Shown here in pieces: positions 10,221 to 20,721 of a DNA stretch of 64,000 nucleotides. Position numbers and translations under genes: made by a program. Position 1 is the stretch's first letter. Each line of letters begins with the position of its first letter. Origin of the DNA: a virus. Its lineage: Duplodnaviria > Caudoviricetes. The notes below the pieces were generated by a model. The model had not been told where the DNA came from, searched no databases, and saw nothing but the letters and a program-made list of their open reading frames with translations. The stretch is taken from the IMG/VR virus record IMGVR_UViG_3300005330_000016, positions 1 through 64,000 of that record. One strand, written 5' to 3'.

Positions 10221-10964
10221 TCACGAATAAGTGTATCGACACGAAATGACCGGCGTGCTCACACCAGCAACCGAGTTCGCGCCCAGGAACAGCCGGATGA
10301 CGAGCGACCACTGATCTGCGGTCGTCGCCGCCGGGGTGAACGGTGCCGTAATGTAGTCGTTGTCACCCTGCAAGCCCTGGAAGTTAGTAAGCCAGTTCGC
10401 GCCAGCGGTCGGGCTGACCGAGCCAGTCGTGCCGTCCGTGACTACCGGAGCGTTAGTTGGCGCAGCAGCCGGAACACCACCGGAATCAACGCGACCGAAC
10501 GCATTGCCCTTCAGGTACGACCGAGCCGTACCGCCGGTGTCGGTAGTGTTGCCTTCAAGGATGCCACCAGATGGCGAGTTACGGGTGATCGCCGCGTGCG
10601 CCGTGCTGTTGTAGGCCGTGAAGATCGGGGCTGAGGCAAACGTGCCTACAGAGTCCCAGTCCAACCGCAGGAACCTGTACTGCGCGGTGTTGGAGTAAGC
10701 GACCGGCGTGCTGGTGCCGCCGCCGAAGACGCCGAGCGACGTGGTGTCAGCGGTGAAGTTGTACAGGTAGTCAACGCCTGCCGTACCCGAGAGCGGGCGG
10801 GTTACCGCCGGCCAGGAAGCCGACGCCGTAGAGCCTTGCGTGCTCAGGTCGCTGAACCGAAGCTCGAAACCTGTGCCCGCGCCAGCAGCCGGCACGCTCG
10901 TCCACGTTGGAGATGCGTTGGTGCCAGTGTTTAGCTGAAAGCGGAATGTGGTGAAGTCGGCCAA
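10221..10964 (-). CDS. Hypothetical virion structural protein
   Basis: 247-aa beta-rich ORF with GGAG SD and TTG start. Confidence 0.6.
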   Translation of the reverse strand: MADFTTFRFQLNTGTNASPTWTSVPAAGAGTGFELRFSDLSTQGSTASASWPAVTRPLSGTAGVDYLYNFTADTTSLGVFGGGTSTPVAYSNTAQYRFLRLDWDSVGTFASAPIFTAYNSTAHAAITRNSPSGGILEGNTTDTGGTARSYLKGNAFGRVDSGGVPAAAPTNAPVVTDGTTGSVSPTAGANWLTNFQGLQGDNDYITAPFTPAATTADQWSLVIRLFLGANSVAGVSTPVISCRYTYS

Positions 10965-11021
10965 TAGAGTGTCCTCTCCGGTTGAATTGATCAGCGTGCC
11001 CGTTTGGCCGGGGAGGCTGCG

Positions 11022-13139
11022 TTAGCCGATGATCTGAACTGTGCTGTGACCGGCGAGCGTGGTAAGCGTTCCGCCGGGTGCCCAATATTCGACTGCTGTA
11101 GCGGCACCGTCTACCGAGCCGCGCCCTTCGTCCGTTGCGCCCGTACCGTGGTTGCTCGCTCGCGGGTAGACCAGCCAGTAAGCGCCGCCGGTGCCATCTG
11201 CCACCGGGATCACATGTGTGACGTATCTGGTGAGCGCAACGCTGCCGCCGGTGATAGTCTGCGGAAGGTCGTCATAGGCCGCGAGTCTAACGCCTGAATC
11301 CGCCCACGTATCTAGCGCGATGTCGTACTGCCAGATGATGTGCGAAAGACCGAAGAAATATATAAAACCATCCGAGTGCTGGATATACGGACCGAAGCCG
11401 AACTCGGGCGTATCGGATACCTGCGACCACACGTCTGTTGCAGGGTCGTATACCCACACTTCTTGAGTGTAGGTGACTGCCCCTGAAAACGGTGCTGTGG
11501 CTGCATAGCCAGAGTCGAACAACCACACACGGTCATCGCTCGTGATTAGCCGCCCGCCGTGGTGCACCTGACGGTTACCCGATACCTCATCTGAGCCATG
11601 CGTATGGGGAATCTCGCCCAATTGTGTGAACAGTTGCGTTGAAGGGTCATAACGCACGAACCCGCTGCCCGTAAAGCCAGAGCCAAAGGGAAACAAGTAG
11701 ACGCGATTCAGGCTATCCACCAGCCCGCCATACTGCTGGTCACCCGCTGTGCCGTACCACTGCGTCCACGGCCAAAGGCAATTACCGCCCAGCCCGCCCT
11801 GAGTGGATGCGTAAGTCTGCGGTACGCCAGTCCACGTACCACCGGATCCACCGCTATACGTGAACACATCAGTCTCGGTTGTGGTGGTATGCCGAGTACC
11901 GCCGGTCAGCGATAGCAAACCGTTGTACGTCCAGAACGAAGCATTGAACATCTCGAATGGCAAGCTTGTTGCTGCCGTCCACACGTCCGTTGTCAGGTCG
12001 TAGGCGTAAACGCTAGCTGTTGGAATCTCGGTGATGTCGCTCGCAGTGGCGTCCACGATCTTGCTGCCGCCGGCGACATACAACTGATCACCGCTAACGC
12101 CGAACATCGGCGTGATCCGCACGTCGGGCATATTGCCGAGCGTTGTCCACGGACTTGACGTACTCTCAGGATGAATATTCGGATCTAACGCCGGGTCGTA
12201 AACCTCAACGTGCCTGTTGGTCAGATCATAGCCGCCGTAGGTATAGAACGCGCCACCACCTAGGGCTACGGCGTCATGAAGAACGGTGTGATCCCACACG
12301 CCACCCATCACGTATAGCTTGCCGTTGTAGCGAAACGCTATCGGGTCGCGTCGTGGGTACACTCGGCTAGGCAGTACCGTGTTTGGGCTGTCTACTTGCC
12401 AGCCAGCCGCCGGCCCGTTCAGGTCAATGTACGGATCTGCGTCGCTGGGATACAGGTGATATACCGGCCCTACAGTGACGGTGTGATGTCGCCACGGCTG
12501 AAGTGTTCCGAGACTATTCCCGGCCAGGCCGCTGTAGTCACCCGACGCATACCCATCTGCTACGCCATCAAAGCGAGTGTCCCAATATTGGAAGCCGCTT
12601 GGTCTTGGGTAGTACGTCATACCAGATGGGTACGCCACCATCCAGAATACGTCGCCTTGATTGAAGAATACCGGTGGCGAGAACCGCACTTCATCGCAGA
12701 ACGGATCTTGGCTGCTACGCATCGAGCCATAGAGACTTGACAGTGGAAATGTGGCAGATGTAAGCAGCGCACCGGGCGAGTTGGTGCCTTCTCGGACCTC
12801 AATGACGAGATTGTCTGACTCGTAGCCAGCAGGCTGAGCGGTAGAGAAGCTCGTAGGGCGCAGCCCCATAGCTCCAGCAATCAGTACGCCGTCTCGTGGA
12901 GCACGATGCCTGACCGCTACAACCAGATCGCAGGTTGTATCTCCTGGCCCAGGTGACCACGTAAAGCACTGGTCGGCAAGATTGATGTTGCCAGATACTA
13001 TCGGCTCAACGTTCGTGTCAATGTTGCCACTTGGCCCGTAAGACCAACTCTCAAACCATTGGGTGGAACCCAACGCGGTTGGCGTTGCCAGCACGAAAGC
13101 CGGATCATCTGGCCCGCCCCAGCGACGGTAGCTAGTCAC
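11022..13139 (-). CDS. Kelch-repeat beta-propeller protein
   Basis: Repeated LYVMGG / LYVAGG / LSLTGG and VEVYDP..W, VYAYDLTTDVW, VWVYDPATDVW motifs. Confidence 0.8.
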   Translation of the reverse strand: MTSYRRWGGPDDPAFVLATPTALGSTQWFESWSYGPSGNIDTNVEPIVSGNINLADQCFTWSPGPGDTTCDLVVAVRHRAPRDGVLIAGAMGLRPTSFSTAQPAGYESDNLVIEVREGTNSPGALLTSATFPLSSLYGSMRSSQDPFCDEVRFSPPVFFNQGDVFWMVAYPSGMTYYPRPSGFQYWDTRFDGVADGYASGDYSGLAGNSLGTLQPWRHHTVTVGPVYHLYPSDADPYIDLNGPAAGWQVDSPNTVLPSRVYPRRDPIAFRYNGKLYVMGGVWDHTVLHDAVALGGGAFYTYGGYDLTNRHVEVYDPALDPNIHPESTSSPWTTLGNMPDVRITPMFGVSGDQLYVAGGSKIVDATASDITEIPTASVYAYDLTTDVWTAATSLPFEMFNASFWTYNGLLSLTGGTRHTTTTETDVFTYSGGSGGTWTGVPQTYASTQGGLGGNCLWPWTQWYGTAGDQQYGGLVDSLNRVYLFPFGSGFTGSGFVRYDPSTQLFTQLGEIPHTHGSDEVSGNRQVHHGGRLITSDDRVWLFDSGYAATAPFSGAVTYTQEVWVYDPATDVWSQVSDTPEFGFGPYIQHSDGFIYFFGLSHIIWQYDIALDTWADSGVRLAAYDDLPQTITGGSVALTRYVTHVIPVADGTGGAYWLVYPRASNHGTGATDEGRGSVDGAATAVEYWAPGGTLTTLAGHSTVQIIG

Positions 13140-16100
13140 CCTTCCTTGAAGAACTCCGCAACGGTGTACGTCGGAATATCGCTCCAGTTCATGGCAATAC
13201 CGAAACCATTGGTACTAGCCGAAGTTGTAGCGCACCGATGGCGCACCTCGAACACTTTGGTGCCCGAAATCGTCATCTTGCCAATGACCCAGGATCGTGT
13301 CTGGATCACCGTGCTGCTAGATGCAAGCTCAGCCGTACCGCGCTTCACGATAGCTGAGTCAGTAACGTTGTAGAGCACCGCTTGATGGTAGTCCACAAGG
13401 TACGCCGGGCAACTGATCGAGTACCTATAGGTACCCGGTGGAAGCGTCAACTGATTGCCAGATAGCGATGCGATGCCAGCCGTATCCGAGTCAATCGTGT
13501 TTAGGTCGCGGGTCTGATCCGAGCCGCTGGTAAACGTACCGCCGTGAGTAAACGCGGTCTTGACATCCTTGACGCACACATACGGCACCGCGACGATGAT
13601 CGTAGGGCGAGCGTTGACCGCAAAGTGCGTGCGCTCGTCGGCCAGGACGTTGACGTTACCGCCGCTATTCTGCGTCCAGACAACCTCCACGAAGTCCCAT
13701 TGCTGGAAGCTCCTAGCCACCACAAGGTCATAGCCAGCGCTGGCGTTGATAGCTACGGGATCTCGCTGCCCAATCGCCGTGCCGCTAGTCGCAGTGGTCA
13801 GGTTGTTCAGGTAGTACTGCAACGTCACAGCGCCGGTGCTCAGCGCAGCGCTGTAGATGTTCGTCTCCAGCATGTAGAAGCCCGGTTGGCGGAACACTAC
13901 GGCTGTGTTGACCCGAGCAGCCGTTTGACCGCTAGCGCTGTTGACGAAGCCGCTGTTGACTGTCAGGCTCGTATTGCTCGCAATGGCAATCACGACGCGC
14001 TTCTCGGTCGCGGTGCCCGGTACGGCGATCACTTGACCGACGCTTAGCTCAGTCAGAAACGCCGTAGACGTGCCGGCCAATGTCGCACTGGTCGCCGTCT
14101 TGGCTACCGTGCCGGTCAGGCTTGCCGCCGACTCATAGTGCTGCTGGTCGGCGTCGTTGTCTTCGGTGTCCCATGTTATCGCCGTAGCTGTAGCTGTCGT
14201 GATCGACTGGTTGCCGCTGAGCCTGAGCCGCGTGCCGGTGCCAACTGCCGAGCCACCACTTGCTAGCGGCTCGCCATAGACACGAACGGTAGTGCCCGCC
14301 GCAAAGTTACCCGCAGCCGGAGTGAACGACAGCGACGTAACGGCTACCTGGCTCGCCCACCAGCCCGCATATCCATCGAACTGCGGCAGGTTAGAGATCA
14401 GATCGAAGCCCGTTGCCACCCACGTTTTGAAGCCGACAATCGCGGTGTAATTGTCGATGCGAAGTGATGTATTGGCGAAGACGTTTGCCGTGCCAGTGTT
14501 GGCAGGCATATTCAGGAGGACGTTGCCAGAATTTTGCCCCGTAGAAGACGTACCACCAGCAGCCGCACCATTGGCACGGATCTGCTCAAAGTTGTAGTTT
14601 GCGCCTGAGTCGCCGTTTATCCGCATCGTTACCGCTGTGGACGTAGCCGCTGTATCACCTCTGGCGAATATCTCGACTCTTAGATCGCGGTATGCCTGGC
14701 TCAGCGTGCCGGTGTTGATTGACGCAGCAGCAGCCGTCAACGTTGTCTCATACAACTGGTTGCTGGCAGGAGTAAGCAAGACACCCGCCGTGTCCATCTC
14801 GCCGTATAGACAGGCATACGAGCCTACGTCGAAGCTACCAGTCCCAGGCGTGAGGGTGATGCTGTTGATCGCCGCCGTGCTGCGCCAGTGACCTGTGCTT
14901 TCAATGTTGCGTAGGTTAGTGGTCGTTGCTGCGAGCCGGACCGTGCCGTTGCCGTGCGTGTCCTTGTTCTGCGTCGTGTCCGTATAACCGGGTATCCATA
15001 GTTCGAGCGTGCCCACATCGCCCGAAACCGACGTAGCAGCAGCGATGTCAGCAATCGGCATCGCCCCGACGCCTAGCGACTCAATCAGGTTTGAGAACGT
15101 CGTATTGTTCTGATTGATAATGCCGTCGTAGTTGTTGCCGGTATCGCCATTGAACTGAAGATCAACGCGAACCTGAGTAGCCGACGTTGTGCCCCTACCC
15201 CTGAGCACCAGCCGCAAGTTGCGGTAGCCGGTTTGCGGAATCTGCGTGAACGCAATCGTGCCTGCTGTTGCCGTGAGTGGGCCGACCACCTGAATCGGGG
15301 AGATCGCGCCAGATCCGCCGCCGCCACCAGAACCCCCACCGCTGGGCGCAGCCCACGTAGGGATCACTCCCGAGCCGCCACTGGTTAGCACCTGGCCGGC
15401 TGTGCTGCCCGCCGCTAGCCGCTGAGGAACACCGCTAGAGCCGCCGACAATCAGGTCACCCTGCGTCGTGGTAATGCCCAGCTTGTGAGCGTGGTCGCGC
15501 CGTGCCGTATATGCGCTGGTGCCGTCTGCGGCTGCTGAGCCAGTTACATCTACCGGGTCACCTTCTGAGTCAAGGAAGCCCTTGTGTGCGTGATCTCGCC
15601 GGGCAGAATAGGTGCTCGTGCCATCTGATGCCGTGCTGCCGGTCAGGTTGGCCGGGTCGCCCTCAGCATCGTTGAAGCCCTGGTGAACGTGATCGCGCCT
15701 AGCCGTAAACAGGCTAGTGCCGTCAGATGACGTACCGGCCAGATTCGCCGGGTTGCCCTCAGCATCACTGAATAGCGTTGGCGTTATGGTTGTGCTGGCG
15801 AAGGTGAGCGACGTGGTTTCAAGCGTGACAGCGCTCGACTGCGTATACATCCAGTACGTAGCAGCGTTTGCCGTGCCTTCACGTACGTAGATCTGGAAGC
15901 CGTACACGAAGTCAGAAGCCGAATCGGCATCAGGCGTTCTGACCAGCAGCGTGCTCGAACCAGCCCAGGTATAGATCCCGTTCTGCGAAGTCGTGGACTG
16001 ATTCTTGAGCAGAACGCGGTCGCCACTGCTGAGCGACACGCCGTCCATCGTTGAGCCGGGCGTAGCCAGGGTAACGTTAGCCGTAGATGCAGCACGGACA

Positions 16101-16165
16101 GGCTCTTTGATCCGCTTATCTTCGTGTAGCTCTATACCGGCTTGCGTTGAGTGTTGTACGCCCAT
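13136..16165 (-). CDS. Tail fibre protein
   Basis: N-terminal VRAASTANV...GDRVLLKNQSTTSQNGIY fibre domain; three ~33-aa ARRDHxH repeats; duplicated beta domains. Confidence 0.8.
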   Translation of the reverse strand: MGVQHSTQAGIELHEDKRIKEPVRAASTANVTLATPGSTMDGVSLSSGDRVLLKNQSTTSQNGIYTWAGSSTLLVRTPDADSASDFVYGFQIYVREGTANAATYWMYTQSSAVTLETTSLTFASTTITPTLFSDAEGNPANLAGTSSDGTSLFTARRDHVHQGFNDAEGDPANLTGSTASDGTSTYSARRDHAHKGFLDSEGDPVDVTGSAAADGTSAYTARRDHAHKLGITTTQGDLIVGGSSGVPQRLAAGSTAGQVLTSGGSGVIPTWAAPSGGGSGGGGGSGAISPIQVVGPLTATAGTIAFTQIPQTGYRNLRLVLRGRGTTSATQVRVDLQFNGDTGNNYDGIINQNNTTFSNLIESLGVGAMPIADIAAATSVSGDVGTLELWIPGYTDTTQNKDTHGNGTVRLAATTTNLRNIESTGHWRSTAAINSITLTPGTGSFDVGSYACLYGEMDTAGVLLTPASNQLYETTLTAAAASINTGTLSQAYRDLRVEIFARGDTAATSTAVTMRINGDSGANYNFEQIRANGAAAGGTSSTGQNSGNVLLNMPANTGTANVFANTSLRIDNYTAIVGFKTWVATGFDLISNLPQFDGYAGWWASQVAVTSLSFTPAAGNFAAGTTVRVYGEPLASGGSAVGTGTRLRLSGNQSITTATATAITWDTEDNDADQQHYESAASLTGTVAKTATSATLAGTSTAFLTELSVGQVIAVPGTATEKRVVIAIASNTSLTVNSGFVNSASGQTAARVNTAVVFRQPGFYMLETNIYSAALSTGAVTLQYYLNNLTTATSGTAIGQRDPVAINASAGYDLVVARSFQQWDFVEVVWTQNSGGNVNVLADERTHFAVNARPTIIVAVPYVCVKDVKTAFTHGGTFTSGSDQTRDLNTIDSDTAGIASLSGNQLTLPPGTYRYSISCPAYLVDYHQAVLYNVTDSAIVKRGTAELASSSTVIQTRSWVIGKMTISGTKVFEVRHRCATTSASTNGFGIAMNWSDIPTYTVAEFFKEG
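15478..15775 (-). repeat. Three tandem ~33-codon repeats (F.D.EG.P....G....DGTS...ARRDH.H) in tail fibre
   Basis: Read directly from the translation; approximate boundaries. Confidence 0.8.
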
Positions 16166-16166
16166 C

Positions 16167-16781
16167 CTACCCTCTAACTACGATTGATCTGCCGGAGCTA
16201 TCGACCAGCGTGTCGCCAAAAGAATCCGTCACGGTAGTCTCGCCAACACCAAGAACGCCCAGCCGTTTCAACGTAAGCGTAAGCGTGACCACCGTCACGC
16301 CTCCTGAAACCGTTGATAGGGCGAATGCCAACACGTCAGCAGGCTGTAGATCAGTGATCCAACCGTTGACATCTATGATGGCTTCAGCTTGGGCTATAAG
16401 AGCCGGGCGGCTCGTGTAGATAGGCGTAGCACCACCTGCCCATAACCCAACGTGAGACAGTCGTATATCGACACTAGCCGATGCGTTGATCGGCTCTAGA
16501 CGCAGACTACCGGGATTCCATATGCCCGCTGCTATATGACAGCCGGTGATGCGCCACGCGCCAAATGGGATCTGCGGAATGCTGCCCTGGCCTACCGTCA
16601 GGGCGCGCCCGGCCCCATCGAAGTTAGCCACAACCGCACCCATCTGAGCGTCAGGCTCATCTTGCTGCTGGCGAGCCTTCATAATGGCCGAGCGCCACAT
16701 GGCAACTAGCTCAGGCTTGGGCTGCGCGCCGAAGCCTGACTCTCGCGTGAACGGATTGTTGCCGGGGCTAAACGAACTCAT
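16167..16781 (-). CDS. Minor tail protein (hypothetical)
   Basis: Position between hub-like protein and fibre; coupled ORF. Confidence 0.6.
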   Translation of the reverse strand: MSSFSPGNNPFTRESGFGAQPKPELVAMWRSAIMKARQQQDEPDAQMGAVVANFDGAGRALTVGQGSIPQIPFGAWRITGCHIAAGIWNPGSLRLEPINASASVDIRLSHVGLWAGGATPIYTSRPALIAQAEAIIDVNGWITDLQPADVLAFALSTVSGGVTVVTLTLTLKRLGVLGVGETTVTDSFGDTLVDSSGRSIVVRG

Positions 16782-17851
16782 CCGCCGCCACCGATGTACT
16801 GGATGCTTTGAGTGACCGAGCCGCTCTGAGCAAACGTCTTGTCAACACGCTGCACCCACAGCCGCTCAGTCAAGCCGAGCCTGGTCGCATTGGCTATCTC
16901 GTGGATCTGCCCAGGCCCGATGTTGTCGTTGCGCGGTGTCGTCATGGTCAGCTTGATAAGCTCGCGGTTCAACTCGCCAAGCCAGTAGCCCGCCATCGCT
17001 TGACATGAGATGCCCTGGCCCGGCGATGAGTTAGCTCTGCGCTCGATCATCGGGCTGTCGAAGCTATAAACCTGCGTCCCGGTAACTACGTCGGCTGAGC
17101 CTTCTTCGTACCAGACTCGCGGGTCGGCAAAGTCACCCACGGCATAACCGGTCACCCGAACAGCGTTGAACGCCTCTTGGACGCTACGAGTGTTCTGGCC
17201 TTCACTGATGTCTTCGCCTTCGGTAAACGCCATATCCGTACCGCCCGATGGCACAGACGAAACTTGCGAGCGGAAGATACTGCCGCCAGTTGACTCAAAC
17301 AGCCGGTAGCCGACCGAGATTGCGTCAATCCTCTGGATGTAAGCCAGCGCTGATTCGTTGCTGCGCCAGGCAAACTCTTCGGGCGCAATCGTGCCCATCG
17401 TCGTGCCGGTCCCGCCGATACTGCCGCCGTTTAGACCAAGCCCAACCATGCCGATTACAGCGCTCACGATGGCTTCATCCGTAGCAGGCCCGCCGGTTAT
17501 ATCCTCCAGCAGCAAGCCCTTATCGGCGTTGGTCGAAGCTATATCCGTACCAGTGATCTTGTACTGGTCTAGCAGGAACATCCGCCCTCTACAGTTGAGC
17601 GTCGTAGAGCGCGGATACAGGTTGTATTGAACCTGGGTGAGCAGCCCGCTAAACCACTGATGAGAGTCGCCACCCGCGTCTACAGTGATGTCTACCGTGT
17701 CGTAGTAGGTTGCGCTGGGTGGTGGACCAGCAACGGTAACCGTAGCCGTGCCATAACTCATGTCATAACCAAGGCTCACCGTGGCAGAGATCGGCTGCTG
17801 AACCTGCGTGCCGCCTACCGTCACATTCAGATCCGCGATTCGGACAACCAT
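16778..17851 (-). CDS. Tail tip / baseplate hub-like protein
   Basis: Second gene after TMP; FAWRSNESALAYIQRI...LFESTGGSIF pattern of hub proteins. Confidence 0.65.
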   Translation of the reverse strand: MVVRIADLNVTVGGTQVQQPISATVSLGYDMSYGTATVTVAGPPPSATYYDTVDITVDAGGDSHQWFSGLLTQVQYNLYPRSTTLNCRGRMFLLDQYKITGTDIASTNADKGLLLEDITGGPATDEAIVSAVIGMVGLGLNGGSIGGTGTTMGTIAPEEFAWRSNESALAYIQRIDAISVGYRLFESTGGSIFRSQVSSVPSGGTDMAFTEGEDISEGQNTRSVQEAFNAVRVTGYAVGDFADPRVWYEEGSADVVTGTQVYSFDSPMIERRANSSPGQGISCQAMAGYWLGELNRELIKLTMTTPRNDNIGPGQIHEIANATRLGLTERLWVQRVDKTFAQSGSVTQSIQYIGGGG

Positions 17852-18180
17852 CAGGCGTTGGTGATCAAGAACGTAGCCGTGCCGGTCACCGTGCCGTCAA
17901 GCTCAGGGGCAGGGCGAGAAACGGTCATCAGCACAGCCGTATGGGTGTCCAGCGTTTCGATGCTGAGCGTTTGCTCTTGCCCAATCATCCCGTTGAGACT
18001 GCCCCACACCGACGCGTTGTCCATGACGATGTTGACGTTCAGTTTCAACGGACTTCTGCCGGCCAGGTCAACGTAGAAGTTGTCACCACCGGGGATCTCG
18101 GTCACCGCTACTCGCGCCTCACGCGACTCCTGAAAGCTATCAAGGATCACCGTGAACGCAACCCCGCCGAAGGTAGCCAT
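17851..18180 (-). CDS. Distal tail (Dit-like) protein
   Basis: Gene immediately after TMP; tube-fold-like beta pattern. Confidence 0.55.
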   Translation of the reverse strand: MATFGGVAFTVILDSFQESREARVAVTEIPGGDNFYVDLAGRSPLKLNVNIVMDNASVWGSLNGMIGQEQTLSIETLDTHTAVLMTVSRPAPELDGTVTGTATFLITNA

Positions 18181-20715
18181 CTACTGAGGCACTCCCGCCC
18201 CAAAGAGCGGTTGACCAGGCAACTGCGAGATCGGCGGCACATCGGTCAGCTTCTCGGACGTAACCATCGCAGCCGTCACTGCGTCTAGCATTTGCGTTTG
18301 CATCTGATCAAGCATCGCCTGATCGAACACGGCGGGGTTGTTGATGTTGACGATGACCGGCTGCTGTGGAATCGGTGAAACGCCCGTTTGAGTGCCAATG
18401 CCAAACGCTGCATCTGTTGGCACAGCCGTGCCCGTTGTTGACGTGAGGAAGTCGCTGAGCGTCGGCCCGAAATCAAGCTGGCCCTGAGCCACTCTGATGC
18501 CCGTTGTCGGAACACCCAGCACGCCCAGCGCATCCGTGTTGACGCCGTTTACCTGCGCTTGAATCTGCTTTTGTAGATCCGGGAAGCCGGCTTGGAATTG
18601 CTTGACGAAATCCTCGCCAGCGTCCAGCAATGGCGACGGCGGGCTGGTTGCCTGCCCCTTCTTCGCGTTATCTATGATCGACTGAAGCGAATCAGCCTCA
18701 GACTGGAATGCAGCCCTGGTCTGTGGCGTGAACCCCTGGAAGTTAGCGAATGCCTGGTCAAGATTCTTGATGAGTTCAAGAACCGGCACGACCTTTTCTT
18801 GAATGCCATTCCAGTTGGAATCCCACGCCCGCCGAAATATGGCGACGGCCACAATTACACCGGCGATGGCAAGGATCAAACCCACGGCAGGAGCGGCAGC
18901 AATCACCCAGCCAGCCGCAACCTTGACGGCTTGCAGGATCCACGTTGTGGCGAACGCCGCAAATTTCACAACCAATCCGCCGAGTGCGTTGCCAAGAACG
19001 GCGGCCATGATCACTGCGGCTGCGCCAACAATTACCACTGCCGCCCGAAGAGCGCCGCTCAGATCGCCGTTCAGTAACCTTATGATCGTCTCAACAGCCC
19101 CGCCTACGGTGTCTCTAATGTTGTTCCAATTGGTTGCCCATGCAACGGCAAGAACGCCAACAGCGGCAGCAATCAAGATCAGCGGGCTAAACAGCGAGCC
19201 TAGAACAATCACGAACAAGCCGACCGCAAACAAGACCGGCCCGAGAACGGCGGCCAGGGCAGCGAACAACAAGATGTTCCTGCGCAGCGCTGGATCTAGC
19301 TCCAAGAACTTGTCTCGTACCGAAAGCGCTACGGGAATTACCTTCGTTTCCATGAACGCGATGGCATCACGCGCCGAAGTCTCGAAGGCCGGCCACGCCT
19401 GGATAGCGATAGCTTGCAGCGTATTCTTCAGCCTGAGAAGCGTCTGAATCACCGTGCCCTGCTTCTTTGCCGTTCCCTCAGCTAGCGCGGTGTTGTCTGC
19501 CCAGGCTTTGTTGGCCGCGTTCATCGACTTGTCGAACTCGTCAGCGCCAGTTGCCAGGCCGATAAGCACGCGAGTCAATCGGGCGTCGTTGATGCCTGCC
19601 GCATCGAGAGCTTCTACGATGCGCTCTGGCCCGCCCGCACCTTGCTGGATTCGGTTCAAGCCGTGGATAACTGCCTGGAACGCCGCGCCCGGATCGGTCT
19701 TGACCATCTCCTTGAACTGGTCGGCAGTGACGCCCGAGATGTCAGCGAACGCTTTCAGCTTGTCACTGCCGCCGCCGATCTCACCTTGAAGCTTGCTCTG
19801 CGCCTCTTGGGTCTGACCAATCTCACGCTTGTACTTGTCGATCTGCGCAGCGTTTGCGCTGATCGCGCTCGCAGGCGTGTTGCGCCCAAAGGCACGCTGC
19901 CGCTCAGTCGCGGCCTGTAGTGACGAGCCAAGATCGGTCAGCTTGTCCGAATACTCTTGAAGCTTCGACTTCTGCTCGTCTGTCGTTTGTCCAGTATTGG
20001 CAACAGCCGCCGTGATCTGCAACAGGATGCGCTGAATCGCGGTACCGCCAGCTTCAGGCTCAACGCCAATAGCGCCGATGGCACCCGAGATGCCCAAGAT
20101 CTGTTGCTTGGTCAGGCCCAAGGCCGTCGCCGCGCCGGCGATTCTCTGCGTTACGTCAATGATCTGCTGTACGCCACCGTTTAGCTTGTTGCCCAGGTCG
20201 GTGATCGTTGAACCCAAGTTCGAGAACTCAGCCGCCGATGTATGCGTTAGCGTGGCGATGATACCCAACGCCTCACCGGCTTGGCCCGGATCAAGGCCGG
20301 TGTTACCTGACAACTGGGCTACGACCGCGACGAATTTGGACAGGTCTGTAGCCGCGATGCCCATCTGAGCACCAGCGGTGGCGATGTCCGTCAGCTTGCC
20401 GGGATCAAGACCGCCAGCCTGCTGCGTCTTGGCAAGCTCTAGCAGTTGGTTGTTTAGATCGGCTAGTTCCTGGGGAGTACCCTGAGCCGCACGCGCTACG
20501 TTGGCGAACTGGTTCTCGAACTCTGCGCCAAAGAACGCGACCGCGCCCACGGAAGCCAGGATCGGAGCAGTCAAGCCCTGCGTCAGGTTGGTGCCTGAGC
20601 GCTGGATGGACTGGCCGGCCTTGGTGATGGCGGCACTAACCGAGTTCAGCCCGGTAATAGCGCCGGTGACATCCGCGCCAACGGTTACGAATAGTTCGGC
20701 AACAGGTACAGGAAT
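18181..20715 (-). CDS. Tape measure protein (TP901-like); frame extends upstream of the called TTG to a probable AUU start at 20715
   Basis: FENQFANVARAA...LLELA core, Ala/Trp-periodic helical repeats; open frame from 20721 reads PTIPVPVAELFVTVGAD. Confidence 0.9.
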   Translation of the reverse strand: MPVPVAELFVTVGADVTGAITGLNSVSAAITKAGQSIQRSGTNLTQGLTAPILASVGAVAFFGAEFENQFANVARAAQGTPQELADLNNQLLELAKTQQAGGLDPGKLTDIATAGAQMGIAATDLSKFVAVVAQLSGNTGLDPGQAGEALGIIATLTHTSAAEFSNLGSTITDLGNKLNGGVQQIIDVTQRIAGAATALGLTKQQILGISGAIGAIGVEPEAGGTAIQRILLQITAAVANTGQTTDEQKSKLQEYSDKLTDLGSSLQAATERQRAFGRNTPASAISANAAQIDKYKREIGQTQEAQSKLQGEIGGGSDKLKAFADISGVTADQFKEMVKTDPGAAFQAVIHGLNRIQQGAGGPERIVEALDAAGINDARLTRVLIGLATGADEFDKSMNAANKAWADNTALAEGTAKKQGTVIQTLLRLKNTLQAIAIQAWPAFETSARDAIAFMETKVIPVALSVRDKFLELDPALRRNILLFAALAAVLGPVLFAVGLFVIVLGSLFSPLILIAAAVGVLAVAWATNWNNIRDTVGGAVETIIRLLNGDLSGALRAAVVIVGAAAVIMAAVLGNALGGLVVKFAAFATTWILQAVKVAAGWVIAAAPAVGLILAIAGVIVAVAIFRRAWDSNWNGIQEKVVPVLELIKNLDQAFANFQGFTPQTRAAFQSEADSLQSIIDNAKKGQATSPPSPLLDAGEDFVKQFQAGFPDLQKQIQAQVNGVNTDALGVLGVPTTGIRVAQGQLDFGPTLSDFLTSTTGTAVPTDAAFGIGTQTGVSPIPQQPVIVNINNPAVFDQAMLDQMQTQMLDAVTAAMVTSEKLTDVPPISQLPGQPLFGAGVPQ

Positions 20716-20721
20716 GGTCGG

